A DNA stretch of 19,388 nt from Candidatus Thorarchaeota archaeon (GCA_048884965.1 JBHLQH010000047.1:1-19388); one strand, 5' to 3'. Positions 1 through 8,916 are shown, counted from the stretch's first letter. A program made the numbers and translations. Notes: a model not told the origin generated them from the sequence alone.

Positions 1-141
1 GTTGAGAAAATCAAGAAAACGACTTTTGTCAAATCTGCAGCTTCCATAATGGGAAATGAAAGTTATAGTTTTCATGATCTTCGACGTTATTGGTTAGAAG
101 AAAGGTTTATTGAAGCTGGTCTAAAACCCACGCTTGAATAA
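1..141 (+). CDS. 3' end of a gene entering from outside the window (partial, unknown product)
   Basis: Frame 1 is open from base 1 to TAA at 139-141 (VEKIKKTTFVKSAASIMGNESYSFHDLRRYWLEERFIEAGLKPTLE*). Confidence 0.45.
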   Translation, partial: VEKIKKTTFVKSAASIMGNESYSFHDLRRYWLEERFIEAGLKPTLE

Positions 142-312
142 TCTCGACTATCGGGTTCCCTCTTTTTGAACAACTCTCTTCAATTTAACGTAGAGTTTCA
201 TGTATTGAATCCCACTTATTGACTCATTATGCTCCCACTATCTCATATGTAATTGCGTCTTTGTCATAGTACCACTAAAACCGTTTCAAAAAATCGGAGT
301 TGTAAAAAATAG

Positions 313-711
313 ATGAATTCGGAAAGTCTTATGGAAGTGGACATCCTATCCGTATTGGTAGGACTCATAGAAGAAAATCGTGAAACCATGGTTCCTACAA
401 GATTCTCTATTCTTGTCTATCTCTATTTCACTCAAAATGTGACCTTTTCCGTTCTACAAAAGAAGCTTGGCTTGACATCAGGAAATCTGTCAAGTCATCT
501 GAATAAATTGGAAAAGATGGGATTGATTCGAATAAAGAAGGGATTCGTTAATCTGAAGCCAACAACTACCGTGGTCTTGGTCAAAGAGGGATCGGAACAT
601 GTAAGAGACCAGATGATTCGAATGCGCGAACTAGTTTCGATGGTTGTAGGCAAGGAAGCAAAACAAGAACATCATATTCCTGAGATTGTAGTTTGCAGCT
701 ACAATAGATGA
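313..711 (+). CDS. Winged helix-turn-helix transcriptional regulator (HTH_34 / ArsR-MarR-like)
   Basis: Motif TRFSILVYL...FSVLQKKLGLTSGNLSSHLNKLEKMGLIRIKK...KPTT, typical of HTH_34-type wHTH proteins. The start could be ATG 331. Confidence 0.85.
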   Translation: MNSESLMEVDILSVLVGLIEENRETMVPTRFSILVYLYFTQNVTFSVLQKKLGLTSGNLSSHLNKLEKMGLIRIKKGFVNLKPTTTVVLVKEGSEHVRDQMIRMRELVSMVVGKEAKQEHHIPEIVVCSYNR

Positions 712-992
712 ACTCGGAGAAGATGTTCAATCGTTTAACTCAGAAAAAGGAATCAGCAACTGTTAGGAACTTGTCAAACGCTTTTAAAACTAAATTAGAT
801 CTCGAGATATCTGATTGACTAGGAATAGATGCCAAAATTGCCGACATCCTCAAAACTAACAATGAATAAATGGTGTAGAGGTGAACGATGAGATATATAT
901 GAAAGATTGATTATAATTTTAGATTTTCTTTTATTCTATTGATTATTATTAGATAATTATCGATTAAATAATTTCAGAGCAATTTTGGCCTG

Positions 993-1226
993 TTAATCAG
1001 TTCTAACGAAACCCTCTTCGATCTTCTCTTTCAGTCTTGTTTCTATGAATTGTTGTGCTTCTGTAGAAGAAGAGAAGTCACGAGAGGCTCGAGTTCCTTT
1101 AGAGCCAATTTTCCCAAAGATAATAGTCACTGTCCTGTATACTCTTTCAGCTTGCCAGAATTCGGGAACACCAGTATCAGCATTCTGGTTTTCATACCTA
1201 CCCGTTTTGTATTCCTTCGATGACAT
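993..1226 (-). CDS. Stand-alone WGR-domain protein
   Basis: FW...VTIIFGKIGSKG...F.S..EA......L.EK..EGF matches the WGR pattern (WGR is FGK here). AGGAG SD precedes the ATG, and a TTTTATAT box lies at ~1263-1270. Confidence 0.8.
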   Translation of the reverse strand: MSSKEYKTGRYENQNADTGVPEFWQAERVYRTVTIIFGKIGSKGTRASRDFSSSTEAQQFIETRLKEKIEEGFVRTD

Positions 1227-1294
1227 TTCTCCTTGGTCCCGCCGATATTATGCAAAATGAAGATATAAAACATGATATTGGGAATAGGTAATCC

Positions 1295-2047
1295 CTATCC
1301 TTCTGCTCGTGCAATGGCAGTCAGCCTGAAAGGATCCTTGTCTGATATGTTGAAAGTAAGATTATCAAAAATACCTACGAGAGCAAATCCACATCCCTCC
1401 AAGATGTGTTTCATTTCCCTTGGAGTATAGACTCTCAAGGTATGTGTTTCTGTAAAAGCATCAATCACTGAGGTCTTGGAGAGAACATATGCATCGAAAT
1501 CAATTGTGATGATATTTGTTTCCGGATTGAATTCAGATTTACTCAGACGAATGACCCTGATATCATCCTTCTCAGCCTTCAACCAAGATGAGTTGTTTGG
1601 AATGACTCCTCTAGCGTTCCAGAACTCGAAAACGAAGAGACCTCCATCGTGTAAATGAGAATGAATGCATTCTAATGCTCTCTCAATTTCGCCTTCTCCT
1701 GTGACATATCCCATTGATCCAAAGAAGCTCACAGAAGCATCGAATTTCTGCTCGAGCTTGAATTGTCTCATATCAGCTACATGATATTCTATCGTTGGCG
1801 ATTGTATACTCTTTTCCTTAGCCCTCGCTATCTGACCCTCAGAGATATCAATTCCTGATACTTTGTATCCACGTTTTTCCAGCTCCAACGCGTGCGTCCC
1901 TGTTCCACATCCAATGTCCAGTAGAGTTACAGCCTTCTTTGTCGAATAACGTTGTAGGATCGCTTCCAGATAATCACAATCAGCTGAATGGTCATACCAG
2001 TTATACATGATATCATACCATTCAGCGAACTTCCCATATTGTTCCAT
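1295..2047 (-). CDS. Class I SAM-dependent methyltransferase (250 aa)
   Basis: Motif I LLDIGCGTG, GIDIS, ADMR, FDA, LHDGGLFVFE. The real start is likely MEQYGK at 2047; the longer 2263 ORF overlaps the divergent GTPase gene and spans the promoter. Confidence 0.9.
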   Translation of the reverse strand: MEQYGKFAEWYDIMYNWYDHSADCDYLEAILQRYSTKKAVTLLDIGCGTGTHALELEKRGYKVSGIDISEGQIARAKEKSIQSPTIEYHVADMRQFKLEQKFDASVSFFGSMGYVTGEGEIERALECIHSHLHDGGLFVFEFWNARGVIPNNSSWLKAEKDDIRVIRLSKSEFNPETNIITIDFDAYVLSKTSVIDAFTETHTLRVYTPREMKHILEGCGFALVGIFDNLTFNISDKDPFRLTAIARAEG

Positions 2048-2069
2048 GGGATACAATTTGCATCGAGTG

Positions 2070-2083
2070 ATATAAATTTTTGA
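2070..2083 (-). promoter_or_regulatory. Archaeal BRE+TATA promoter, probably giving a leaderless methyltransferase mRNA
   Basis: Minus strand reads TCAAAAA-TTTATAT, with the TATA box 23-29 nt upstream of ATG 2047. Confidence 0.6.
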
Positions 2084-2204
2084 CAAATGATTCATATGGT
2101 ACAGAAACGTACCATCATGTAACACCTTTAGATAGACTGACAAATCAAAGAACAAATAAGTAGAGGAACACTCATCGAAATATCCGAATACGGGAGCAAG
2201 GGGT

Positions 2205-2768
2205 ATGAAAAAGGAAACCAACCGTGCTTGGCAATTTAAAACAATCCTGATAGGGGATGGCACAGTTGGAAAGACCTCAATTCGGCGGAAGTATATGGGA
2301 GATTCGTTCGTATCCTCTCACATCGCAACGATTGGTGTTGATTTTGCGAAGAAAGTGATTGAACATGAGGGTAGTAAAGGATGGTTGATTATCTGGGACT
2401 TGGCAGGACAACCAACATATGAGAGCGTTCGACGTCATTATTATCTCGGATGTCATTCTATAATCTTGGTCTACTCTGTTGTGGATAGAAATTCATTTGA
2501 TAATAGTTCAAAGTGGCTAGTTGAGGCACACAAGTATATGGGTAAATTGCCGCCTACTGCAGTGCTAGCAAATAAAATAGACTTGAGGTCATCAAGAGAG
2601 AAAGATGAGATTGTTACATCTGAGGAAGGAGAGAAATTTACTAGAATTATCTGTGACCGCTTAGGTGTTCCAGCTGTCTTCAAAGAAACTTCCGCGCTAA
2701 CGGGAGAGAACATTGAGGATGCTTTCCATGAACTTGTTGAAATGATGATTAAATTAAACCCTCTGTGA
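2205..2768 (+). CDS. Rab-like small GTPase (Ras superfamily)
   Basis: G1 GDGTVGKTS, G2/RabF1 TIGVDF, G3 WDLAGQ, RabF-like YESVRRHYYLG, G4 NKID, G5 ETSAL. No C-terminal Cys prenylation motif. Confidence 0.95.
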   Translation: MKKETNRAWQFKTILIGDGTVGKTSIRRKYMGDSFVSSHIATIGVDFAKKVIEHEGSKGWLIIWDLAGQPTYESVRRHYYLGCHSIILVYSVVDRNSFDNSSKWLVEAHKYMGKLPPTAVLANKIDLRSSREKDEIVTSEEGEKFTRIICDRLGVPAVFKETSALTGENIEDAFHELVEMMIKLNPL

Positions 2769-2901
2769 GCAAAGGCTTCATCCACCATTGATTTATTATT
2801 ACAGGAATTGCATATCCGACTCAGATATCAACCCCCATTTACACTCAGCCATATTTGCATGTGGCTTAATGTAAGATATTGAGTCCGTTGGAGTTATTGC
2901 A

Positions 2902-3486
2902 ATGGCCCTAAGTCCCAATCGATCTAGACAATTCAAAACTGCTCTGATAGGTGACTCAGCCGTAGGAAAGACTAGTATCCGACGCAATTACATGGGGAAA
3001 AGCTTCGTCACATCGCATATCGCCACACTTGGTGTGGACTTTGCTCAAAAGAATGTTGAGCACTCTGATGCGTTTGTTAGAATAACAATCTGGGACCTTG
3101 CAGGAGAGCATTCTTACGAGAATGTTCGGAAGCTGTATTATCAAGGGACACATAGTATCATCTTCGTCTATTCGATAATAGATCGCGACTCTTTCCAAAA
3201 TGCTGCCAACTGGTTCAATGAAGTAAATAGATACTGTAAACCATTGCCTCCGATTGCAATCCTTGGGAACAAGGTCGATCTTCGTGACTCAGCTTCCTCA
3301 GATCAGGTTAGCAAGGAAGAAGGTATTCAGTTTGCAGAAGACTTTGCCTTGCGATTCGGTATTCCCGTTATATTTAGAGAAACATCTGCTCTTTCTGGCG
3401 AAAATATCGAGGATGTGTTCGATGACATCATCACTATGATGCTAAACTTGAATCCAGTCCGAGAACATTCAAATCGATTCTACTAA
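2902..3486 (+). CDS. Rab-like small GTPase, tandem paralog
   Basis: G1 GDSAVGKTS, TLGVDF, G3 WDLAGE, YYQG, G4 NKVD, G5 ETSAL. Collinear and clearly similar to 2205-2768. Confidence 0.95.
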   Translation: MALSPNRSRQFKTALIGDSAVGKTSIRRNYMGKSFVTSHIATLGVDFAQKNVEHSDAFVRITIWDLAGEHSYENVRKLYYQGTHSIIFVYSIIDRDSFQNAANWFNEVNRYCKPLPPIAILGNKVDLRDSASSDQVSKEEGIQFAEDFALRFGIPVIFRETSALSGENIEDVFDDIITMMLNLNPVREHSNRFY

Positions 3487-3523
3487 GGAAAACCAGATAA
3501 CCTCAAAGATACTCTCGCTCTTT

Positions 3524-4342
3524 ATGTTCCAGCATGCTCCACAACTATTTGATGCGATAGAGAGACGACGGTCCCATAGACACTATTTGCCCGTTTCACT
3601 GAATGATGAACACGCTAAATCTATCCAATCATTCATAGATGTTCTGCAAGACTTTCCTTTTTCTCACTCAGTCAAGCTATCTCTGCATGAAGCGGCCGAT
3701 AACCAAAACATAGTCTATTTTCAAGGTCCAAAGCATTTTGTTTCGCTAATCACTACTGATTCTCTTGAAGCTCAAGCGAAACTTGGTTTTCTTGGTGAAC
3801 TAATAGTTCTCTTTGCAGAGAGTTTAGATATCAAAACCTGTTGGATGGGTCACTACAAGAAGAAGATAGTGCAGGACATTCTCATTGCTGATGGAAAGAA
3901 TGTCGAGAATCAGAAGTTGTATTGCATCATTACTTTGGGTTACATCCCAGAAAAAACGGGTTTGATGGATCGATTCTCGATGAAACGATTATCAAGGAAA
4001 TCAAAGACGGTGGATGATTTCCTTCATACGGATTCGCTGAAAGAATTCCCCCAAAATATTCGCGCCGCACTGGAGAAAGCATCTAGAGCTCCTTCAGCGA
4101 TGAACTCACAAAAGTGGTATTACTTGATTACAGAAGAGAATTCATCATATCAAATTGAACTAGCGAAGCCACCTGGCTACAGGCATTTCAAATGGTCATA
4201 CTATGATATCGATGTTGGAACAGCTGCATCTCACATTTGGATAGGACTGCAGAATTGTGGAATAAACCCGAATATCGAGGTAATTGAGGAATCTAATAGA
4301 GCGATATGGAAGTTCCATCTTGACTCGAGGAATCCAAGTTAG
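3524..4342 (+). CDS. Nitroreductase-family protein (two-repeat, TM1586-like)
   Basis: N-terminal AIERRRSHRHY FMN-binding motif, LFAESLDIKTCWMG, APSAMNSQKW, IDVGTAASH. Confidence 0.85.
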   Translation: MFQHAPQLFDAIERRRSHRHYLPVSLNDEHAKSIQSFIDVLQDFPFSHSVKLSLHEAADNQNIVYFQGPKHFVSLITTDSLEAQAKLGFLGELIVLFAESLDIKTCWMGHYKKKIVQDILIADGKNVENQKLYCIITLGYIPEKTGLMDRFSMKRLSRKSKTVDDFLHTDSLKEFPQNIRAALEKASRAPSAMNSQKWYYLITEENSSYQIELAKPPGYRHFKWSYYDIDVGTAASHIWIGLQNCGINPNIEVIEESNRAIWKFHLDSRNPS

Positions 4343-4363
4343 TCAGTATGGTCCAAAAATCTA

Positions 4364-4807
4364 TCAGTAGTATATGTCTGCAGGCTTCATTGGTTTCTTG
4401 AATTTAGAAGCGAGCAGATATGACACAGCGGCATTGAATGCTGCTGCAATTCTAAGTGGTTTATTCTCAGTGTCAAGGGTATCAACTACTCCACATATAC
4501 TATATGCGACAGCAGCCTGGCCTGCGATATAGCGAGCGATAAGCGGCAAATCAAGAATCAGGTATGCCATTCCACAATGGTCCAGAATCGAAGAAGAGGC
4601 ATTAAAACAGAGTGTTTGTGTGAAGCTAACAACTTCATTGGTACTTAAGCTGCTTTGATTTGTCATCGTAAGGACTATAGCATCAAAGATAGGTCTGAGA
4701 AGGTGCGAGATTTCCTCAATGCTCCAATTTAATGCGTTCTCTGTTTGCAATATGGATAAAGCAATCTGCATTCTTTCTTGGAATAATTCTTCAAAATCTG
4801 CGATCAT
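4364..4807 (-). CDS. Hypothetical alpha-helical protein, last gene of the roadblock/GTPase operon
   Basis: 147-aa ORF with an ATGA overlap (4804-4807) with the upstream gene and a GGAGG SD. No family recognised. Confidence 0.7.
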   Translation of the reverse strand: MIADFEELFQERMQIALSILQTENALNWSIEEISHLLRPIFDAIVLTMTNQSSLSTNEVVSFTQTLCFNASSSILDHCGMAYLILDLPLIARYIAGQAAVAYSICGVVDTLDTENKPLRIAAAFNAAVSYLLASKFKKPMKPADIYY

Positions 4808-5949
4808 ACTATGCCTCCAAAGATCAAATGTGCTAAATCATCCATAGAAGGATTATGTCCGACTTCTTTTTCGAAACACTGATACATATCTAGAACAGCT
4901 CTTTCAATATCCACTTCTTTTGAATGTCCAATGAGCTTGGCAAAGGAAAGACTTCCAATTTCTGCTGAAATCTCTAGATTTAGAGGGAGTAGAATTCCTT
5001 CATCATCAGATAGCTCAAGTATAATATCAAGTCCTTTGTACACCACATCGACTACTTTACCACTTGGGAAATGAGAATTTGTGATGTAGATTTTGTTTCT
5101 TGGAATGATTTTTCGTCTTTCGATATCGTGTAGCAGGGTAATTAGCTGTCCCATCACAATAGAATCTGACACATAGGCTTTCTTTAAATCATCTATTGAT
5201 AATCTTGCGGACAATCTTTTCGCAACATCCAATTCTTTTGAATATGCTACATCCCGAAACGAACCTTGTATCATACTATCTGCATCGATTGTTTCAAACT
5301 CATGTTTATTTATGCCAGTGGTGAATCTGCGTGATAATGCCATGTCGAATCCGGTTTCTCTAATCTCTCCATCTTCATCCTCTACAAGACCCGATTGGAT
5401 ATCAAATGATGCTATATATTCAGGTTGAAAACTAGCGAATGTTTGATCAAAGATATTCCTATGTAGAACTTCGATTAGTACTCCATCAACGATTTCATCA
5501 TGCTTGGAACAATAGAAGATCCCTGGTAGAAATGCATAGAGCTTGTTACTACCCATTCCCATATCCTCCAAGTTCCTTACAGACACGTTTGCTATCGGTA
5601 TTGGAAAACCCTTTTCCGTCCATTCAGATGATTCTATTAGAGAGTCGCTATTCATATCTAGAAGATCATCACTTGGAACTAAATCTCTAGAATCCTCATC
5701 GATGATTAAGTCGATTTTGTTAATAGATTCGTTTTGCAAGTCAAAATCTGATGAACGCAAGAGCGCATCATATGTTACTGATTTTACTCGCTCATCAAAG
5801 GGAATTGGAAGAGAGAATCCTATGCCTTGAAAGTATGCTAAATCTGATATACCAATGATCCATTCATCCTCTGGCAATGTACTAAATTGTATTTGAACAA
5901 GACGAGGGGTCTGTTTCAATGGTATATAGATTGACATTTGCTCTAGCAT
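4804..5949 (-). CDS. Hypothetical acidic protein (~381 aa)
   Basis: Long ORF. The start is placed at ATG 5949 (MLEQMS), 1 nt after the TAG of the upstream wHTH gene. No family recognised. Confidence 0.75.
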   Translation of the reverse strand: MLEQMSIYIPLKQTPRLVQIQFSTLPEDEWIIGISDLAYFQGIGFSLPIPFDERVKSVTYDALLRSSDFDLQNESINKIDLIIDEDSRDLVPSDDLLDMNSDSLIESSEWTEKGFPIPIANVSVRNLEDMGMGSNKLYAFLPGIFYCSKHDEIVDGVLIEVLHRNIFDQTFASFQPEYIASFDIQSGLVEDEDGEIRETGFDMALSRRFTTGINKHEFETIDADSMIQGSFRDVAYSKELDVAKRLSARLSIDDLKKAYVSDSIVMGQLITLLHDIERRKIIPRNKIYITNSHFPSGKVVDVVYKGLDIILELSDDEGILLPLNLEISAEIGSLSFAKLIGHSKEVDIERAVLDMYQCFEKEVGHNPSMDDLAHLIFGGIV

Positions 5950-5950
5950 C

Positions 5951-6418
5951 CTATTCTGTAAATGGAAATGTTTGAGATTGAAAAAGCAATAATTCACTCA
6001 TTGCTCTTTGAATAGTAAGAGATGTCTGCACTCCAGGGTCGTCTGCATATGTTTTGATATCATGCATAACAGCGTTAATCTCACTGAGATATCGCTTCAT
6101 CCCTATACGAAGTAGTTCGTCGATTCCGAGTCTAAGCTTTACGATGCTTTTTCGTCTTCCTCTCCCATTCTCCTGATCAACACTTTGCTTAGCAGTAATT
6201 CCTAGACTATCTAGCTGAGAACAGAGTGTTGATACAGTGCTAAGTGAAAGACCTGTTACTTCACTTAATTCGCTAACTGAAAAGCCTGAGTCATTTTCAC
6301 ACGATTCTGCATATAGAGCTGCAAGGATAATACCAGCGGTCCTTTGAAGGCCGACAAGCTGAATGGCAATTTGAAAAAGTCGATCCAAATACAATAGTTC
6401 TTCTTTTATAGAAGGCAT
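5951..6418 (-). CDS. wHTH transcriptional regulator (GbsR/MarR-like)
   Basis: GLQRTAGIILAALY...FSVSELSEVTGLSLSTVSTLCSQLDSLGI...GRGRRK, followed by a coiled helix. Confidence 0.8.
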   Translation of the reverse strand: MPSIKEELLYLDRLFQIAIQLVGLQRTAGIILAALYAESCENDSGFSVSELSEVTGLSLSTVSTLCSQLDSLGITAKQSVDQENGRGRRKSIVKLRLGIDELLRIGMKRYLSEINAVMHDIKTYADDPGVQTSLTIQRAMSELLLFQSQTFPFTE

Positions 6419-6426
6419 GGAGGAAA

Positions 6427-6801
6427 TCAGGAATCTCCCTCCATTGTTTCTTGAATCCTGTCCATGGCTTTTTCCAGCTCGAAGCTGATCAAAGATATTT
6501 CAGAATCATATGGAGCTACACCAATGATAAGCAAATCATCGTTGCCCTTCAAGATGATGCTCATATTCAATCCATCAAGAAGCAGTGATTTTGGCTGTCC
6601 TGCATCGAGTTCTCTTACTACTCGAATTGCAATTGAATTCAGGGCGGCAGCCATTGCTGATAGTGCCTTTTCCTCAATATTTTGAGGTAACACAGACCAG
6701 ATGATTTGCCCTCGACCTGTAACGATAGCTGATGCGTTTACGCCGCAGTTTCTTTTCACTTCATTCAGAATTTGTTCAAGGTTCTCAATCTTTGTGCTCA
6801 A
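6427..6801 (-). CDS. Roadblock/LC7 (MglB-like) protein
   Basis: GVNASAIVTGRGQII...LSAMAAAL...LDAGQPKSLLLDG. TTG start preceded by GGAGGG. Confidence 0.9.
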   Translation of the reverse strand: MSTKIENLEQILNEVKRNCGVNASAIVTGRGQIIWSVLPQNIEEKALSAMAAALNSIAIRVVRELDAGQPKSLLLDGLNMSIILKGNDDLLIIGVAPYDSEISLISFELEKAMDRIQETMEGDS

Positions 6802-6817
6802 TTTCTGACTACCCTCC

Positions 6818-7237
6818 TTACTTCTCCAAGACAGTTTTTATTTCTGAAGCAGCCTTGTCAATATTCTCCTGCATCCTAGCAAGAGACATCCCTCTTCTGA
6901 AGAACGAGAATCTATGTTTTGATTCATCTAGAATGGCTGCAATTCTGAATAACTTTCCAGCAACATAGAATTCGTGCAATGAGAGAGTTGCTTCAATTGT
7001 CTTAATTGATGCGGCTTGTGGTTTTCCAATACCTAGGTTGCTAATGATCCTTTGTGATGTTTCTGAGAATAAAGACATCATTGCAGCTAGTGTATCACGA
7101 GAAATTCCACTGTCTCCTTTCCATGCAACAATCAACCCGCGTTCATTTGTTATAATGCATGATCTAAATCTTCCACCTGATCTTTGCATTAGATCGCTTA
7201 GAATGTTGTCGAGTTTTTTCCCAGTTCCTATTGGCAT
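6818..7237 (-). CDS. Roadblock/LC7-like protein (divergent)
   Basis: RSCIITNERGLIVA...LAAMMSLFSETSQRIISNLGIG. Start placed at ATG 7237 (MPIG), downstream of a GAGGTG SD. Confidence 0.8.
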   Translation of the reverse strand: MPIGTGKKLDNILSDLMQRSGGRFRSCIITNERGLIVAWKGDSGISRDTLAAMMSLFSETSQRIISNLGIGKPQAASIKTIEATLSLHEFYVAGKLFRIAAILDESKHRFSFFRRGMSLARMQENIDKAASEIKTVLEK

Positions 7238-7248
7238 ATTGAAGCACC

Positions 7249-7725
7249 TCAAGTAACTGTTTCGGAATGCAGCTTAACATCCCAGTTGTTTACTACATCA
7301 ACAATATCCCTACTAAGATTCTGTATCTCAAAGGAAACCAATCCCAATTGAATATCTGATGGGAATATGCATGCTAGCATCACATTATCAGCAATGTGTT
7401 TCAAAATTATAGAGAATGTAGCACTACTATCTTTACCTTCAGCATCAACTAATACTTGATTGAATATACTTGATTGATTCACCATTCGAATGAAATCTTC
7501 AGAGATTGTGATAAGTCCTGCAGACATACTACTTACTGCCATCTCGATATTTTTTGGCATTCCTTCATAGAATAGTTTGTGTGCAAGGATATATCCATCT
7601 ACAGTGAAAACTGTTAGTCCCCATACTGGGACTCGATGTTCGAATTCAAATAGTAGTTTCCGGATGTATTCAATCGGCGGTATATTCTGTGTTTCATTAA
7701 TTTCTTTCATTTTATCTTCATACAT
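7249..7725 (-). CDS. Roadblock/LC7-like protein (divergent, N-terminal extension)
   Basis: VWGLTVFTVDGYILA...VSSMSAGLITISE...QVLVDAE...QLGLVSFEI. Start placed at ATG 7725 after GAGGG, overlapping the GTPase stop codon. Confidence 0.75.
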   Translation of the reverse strand: MYEDKMKEINETQNIPPIEYIRKLLFEFEHRVPVWGLTVFTVDGYILAHKLFYEGMPKNIEMAVSSMSAGLITISEDFIRMVNQSSIFNQVLVDAEGKDSSATFSIILKHIADNVMLACIFPSDIQLGLVSFEIQNLSRDIVDVVNNWDVKLHSETVT

Positions 7726-8383
7726 ATTCTGTCCCTCTTGATATTGCACTAGCTTTGCATGCCTCAGGATCAGCAATACATTCAACTCTTTGAAGAAGAA
7801 TACTCAATGCATCTTTACACGATTCACGATCCCGCGCAGACATTCCTTTAGCAGATGGAATTCCCAACCATAATGCAACAGAATCCGGATCAACGGCATC
7901 ATCACGGTCTTGCTTATTTGCAATTACAACCGTTGGAATTTCTCCAAATGCCGCTTCTGTTTCCGCGAAGATTGCACATGCTTCACCTATCATTCCTGGA
8001 TCTGATGAATCAACGACAAGAAGCACACCATCAGTATTAACTCTCATCGTATCTCGTACAAACTTGAAATGAAGTTGACCTGGAACTCCGCGTAGCTCAA
8101 TTTCCTTGATTATCCAGCCTTCGTATTCAGATCTTTCTTTTACGAAATCATTTTTGGGGATGACAAGTCCGATTTGTCCAACCTGCTTTCGTGCCCATAT
8201 AACTCTTCCAAGATCAAAACCTGTGGTAGTTGTGCCTTTTTCACCACGATAATCTTCTTTCATATCTCGTTCAACTGAAATCGCATATGGGTCCAGAGAA
8301 TGAATCAAAGTAGTCTTTCCAGCCTGAAACGGACCTGTAACGTACACCTTGAAATCGTATGATTTCAATCTCATCAATGTCAA
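7718..8383 (-). CDS. MglA/CvnD-like small GTPase
   Basis: G1 GPFQAGKTT, G2 TTTGFDLG, G3-equivalent GVPGQ (MglA has TVPGQ), LVVDS, G4 NKQD, G5 MSA. TTG start with an AGGAGG SD. Confidence 0.9.
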   Translation of the reverse strand: MTLMRLKSYDFKVYVTGPFQAGKTTLIHSLDPYAISVERDMKEDYRGEKGTTTTGFDLGRVIWARKQVGQIGLVIPKNDFVKERSEYEGWIIKEIELRGVPGQLHFKFVRDTMRVNTDGVLLVVDSSDPGMIGEACAIFAETEAAFGEIPTVVIANKQDRDDAVDPDSVALWLGIPSAKGMSARDRESCKDALSILLQRVECIADPEACKASAISRGTEYV

Positions 8384-8406
8384 TGTCTAGCCTCCTGGAA
8401 AATTCG

Positions 8407-8428
8407 TAGCGGCTACATGAAGCCGCTA
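8407..8428 (-). terminator. Intercistronic hairpin after the first roadblock gene (possible partial terminator or mRNA stabiliser)
   Basis: Perfect 8-bp inverted repeat TAGCGGCT-6nt-AGCCGCTA, followed on the minus strand by GAATTTTCC. Confidence 0.45.
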
Positions 8429-8788
8429 GAGAATTTCCGCAATCTGTGCGTTAGCCTTATCCATTTCAAAATCAATGAGACCAATCTTGGCATCTGAAGG
8501 AGCTGTGGCGATTAGAGCAGCATTTGATAGCTTTCTTACGATGATTGTTTTATTGGTCCCCTCAATCACTATGTTTCGTGGACTACCAGAATCAAGTGCA
8601 GTTCCTACACGTCCTCCAATTGATACAAGTGCGGCAGCCATTGCTGATACAGCCTTCTCATCTATGCCCCTATGAAGAGCTGCAGCCATAAGCTGACCAC
8701 GATCACTGACTAAAGCGCAACCATCCACTTCACTATCTGCTTCAAGTTGCTTTAGAACATCTTCAATTTTCTTGATTTTAGCACTCAT
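8426..8788 (-). CDS. Roadblock/LC7 (MglB-like) protein, first gene of the operon
   Basis: EVDGCALVSDRGQLMAA...VSAMAAALVSIG...LDSGSPRNIVIEG...IGLIDFEM. Close paralog of 6427-6801. Confidence 0.92.
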   Translation of the reverse strand: MSAKIKKIEDVLKQLEADSEVDGCALVSDRGQLMAAALHRGIDEKAVSAMAAALVSIGGRVGTALDSGSPRNIVIEGTNKTIIVRKLSNAALIATAPSDAKIGLIDFEMDKANAQIAEIL

Positions 8789-8896
8789 TTGCTTTATACT
8801 TCCTTGCTAATTGGTATGTGACCGCCAGAATGATACAGGGCTTGCTGCATTATTCTACGATTTTCTCTTAGCAGTCAATATGAAGTATTATCAATC

Positions 8897-8916
8897 GATA
8901 TATATATTATTTTTGG
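8897..8916 (-). promoter_or_regulatory. Candidate BRE+TATA promoter for the roadblock/GTPase operon
   Basis: Minus strand reads CCAAAAA-TAATATATATAT, about 110 nt upstream of ATG 8788. Confidence 0.45.

Noticed and set aside
64-141. Tyrosine recombinase call from the SFHDLRR motif
   Set aside because: The ORF ends 17 aa after the motif without the LGH...Y catalytic segment, so there is too little sequence to support it.
829-980. 20-aa ORF and AT-rich ATTAT micro-repeats
   Set aside because: There is no recognisable product, and the low-complexity sequence lacks regular periodicity.
2048-2263. N-terminal extension of the methyltransferase ORF
   Set aside because: It overlaps the divergent Rab-like gene and contains the BRE/TATA for the 2047 start.
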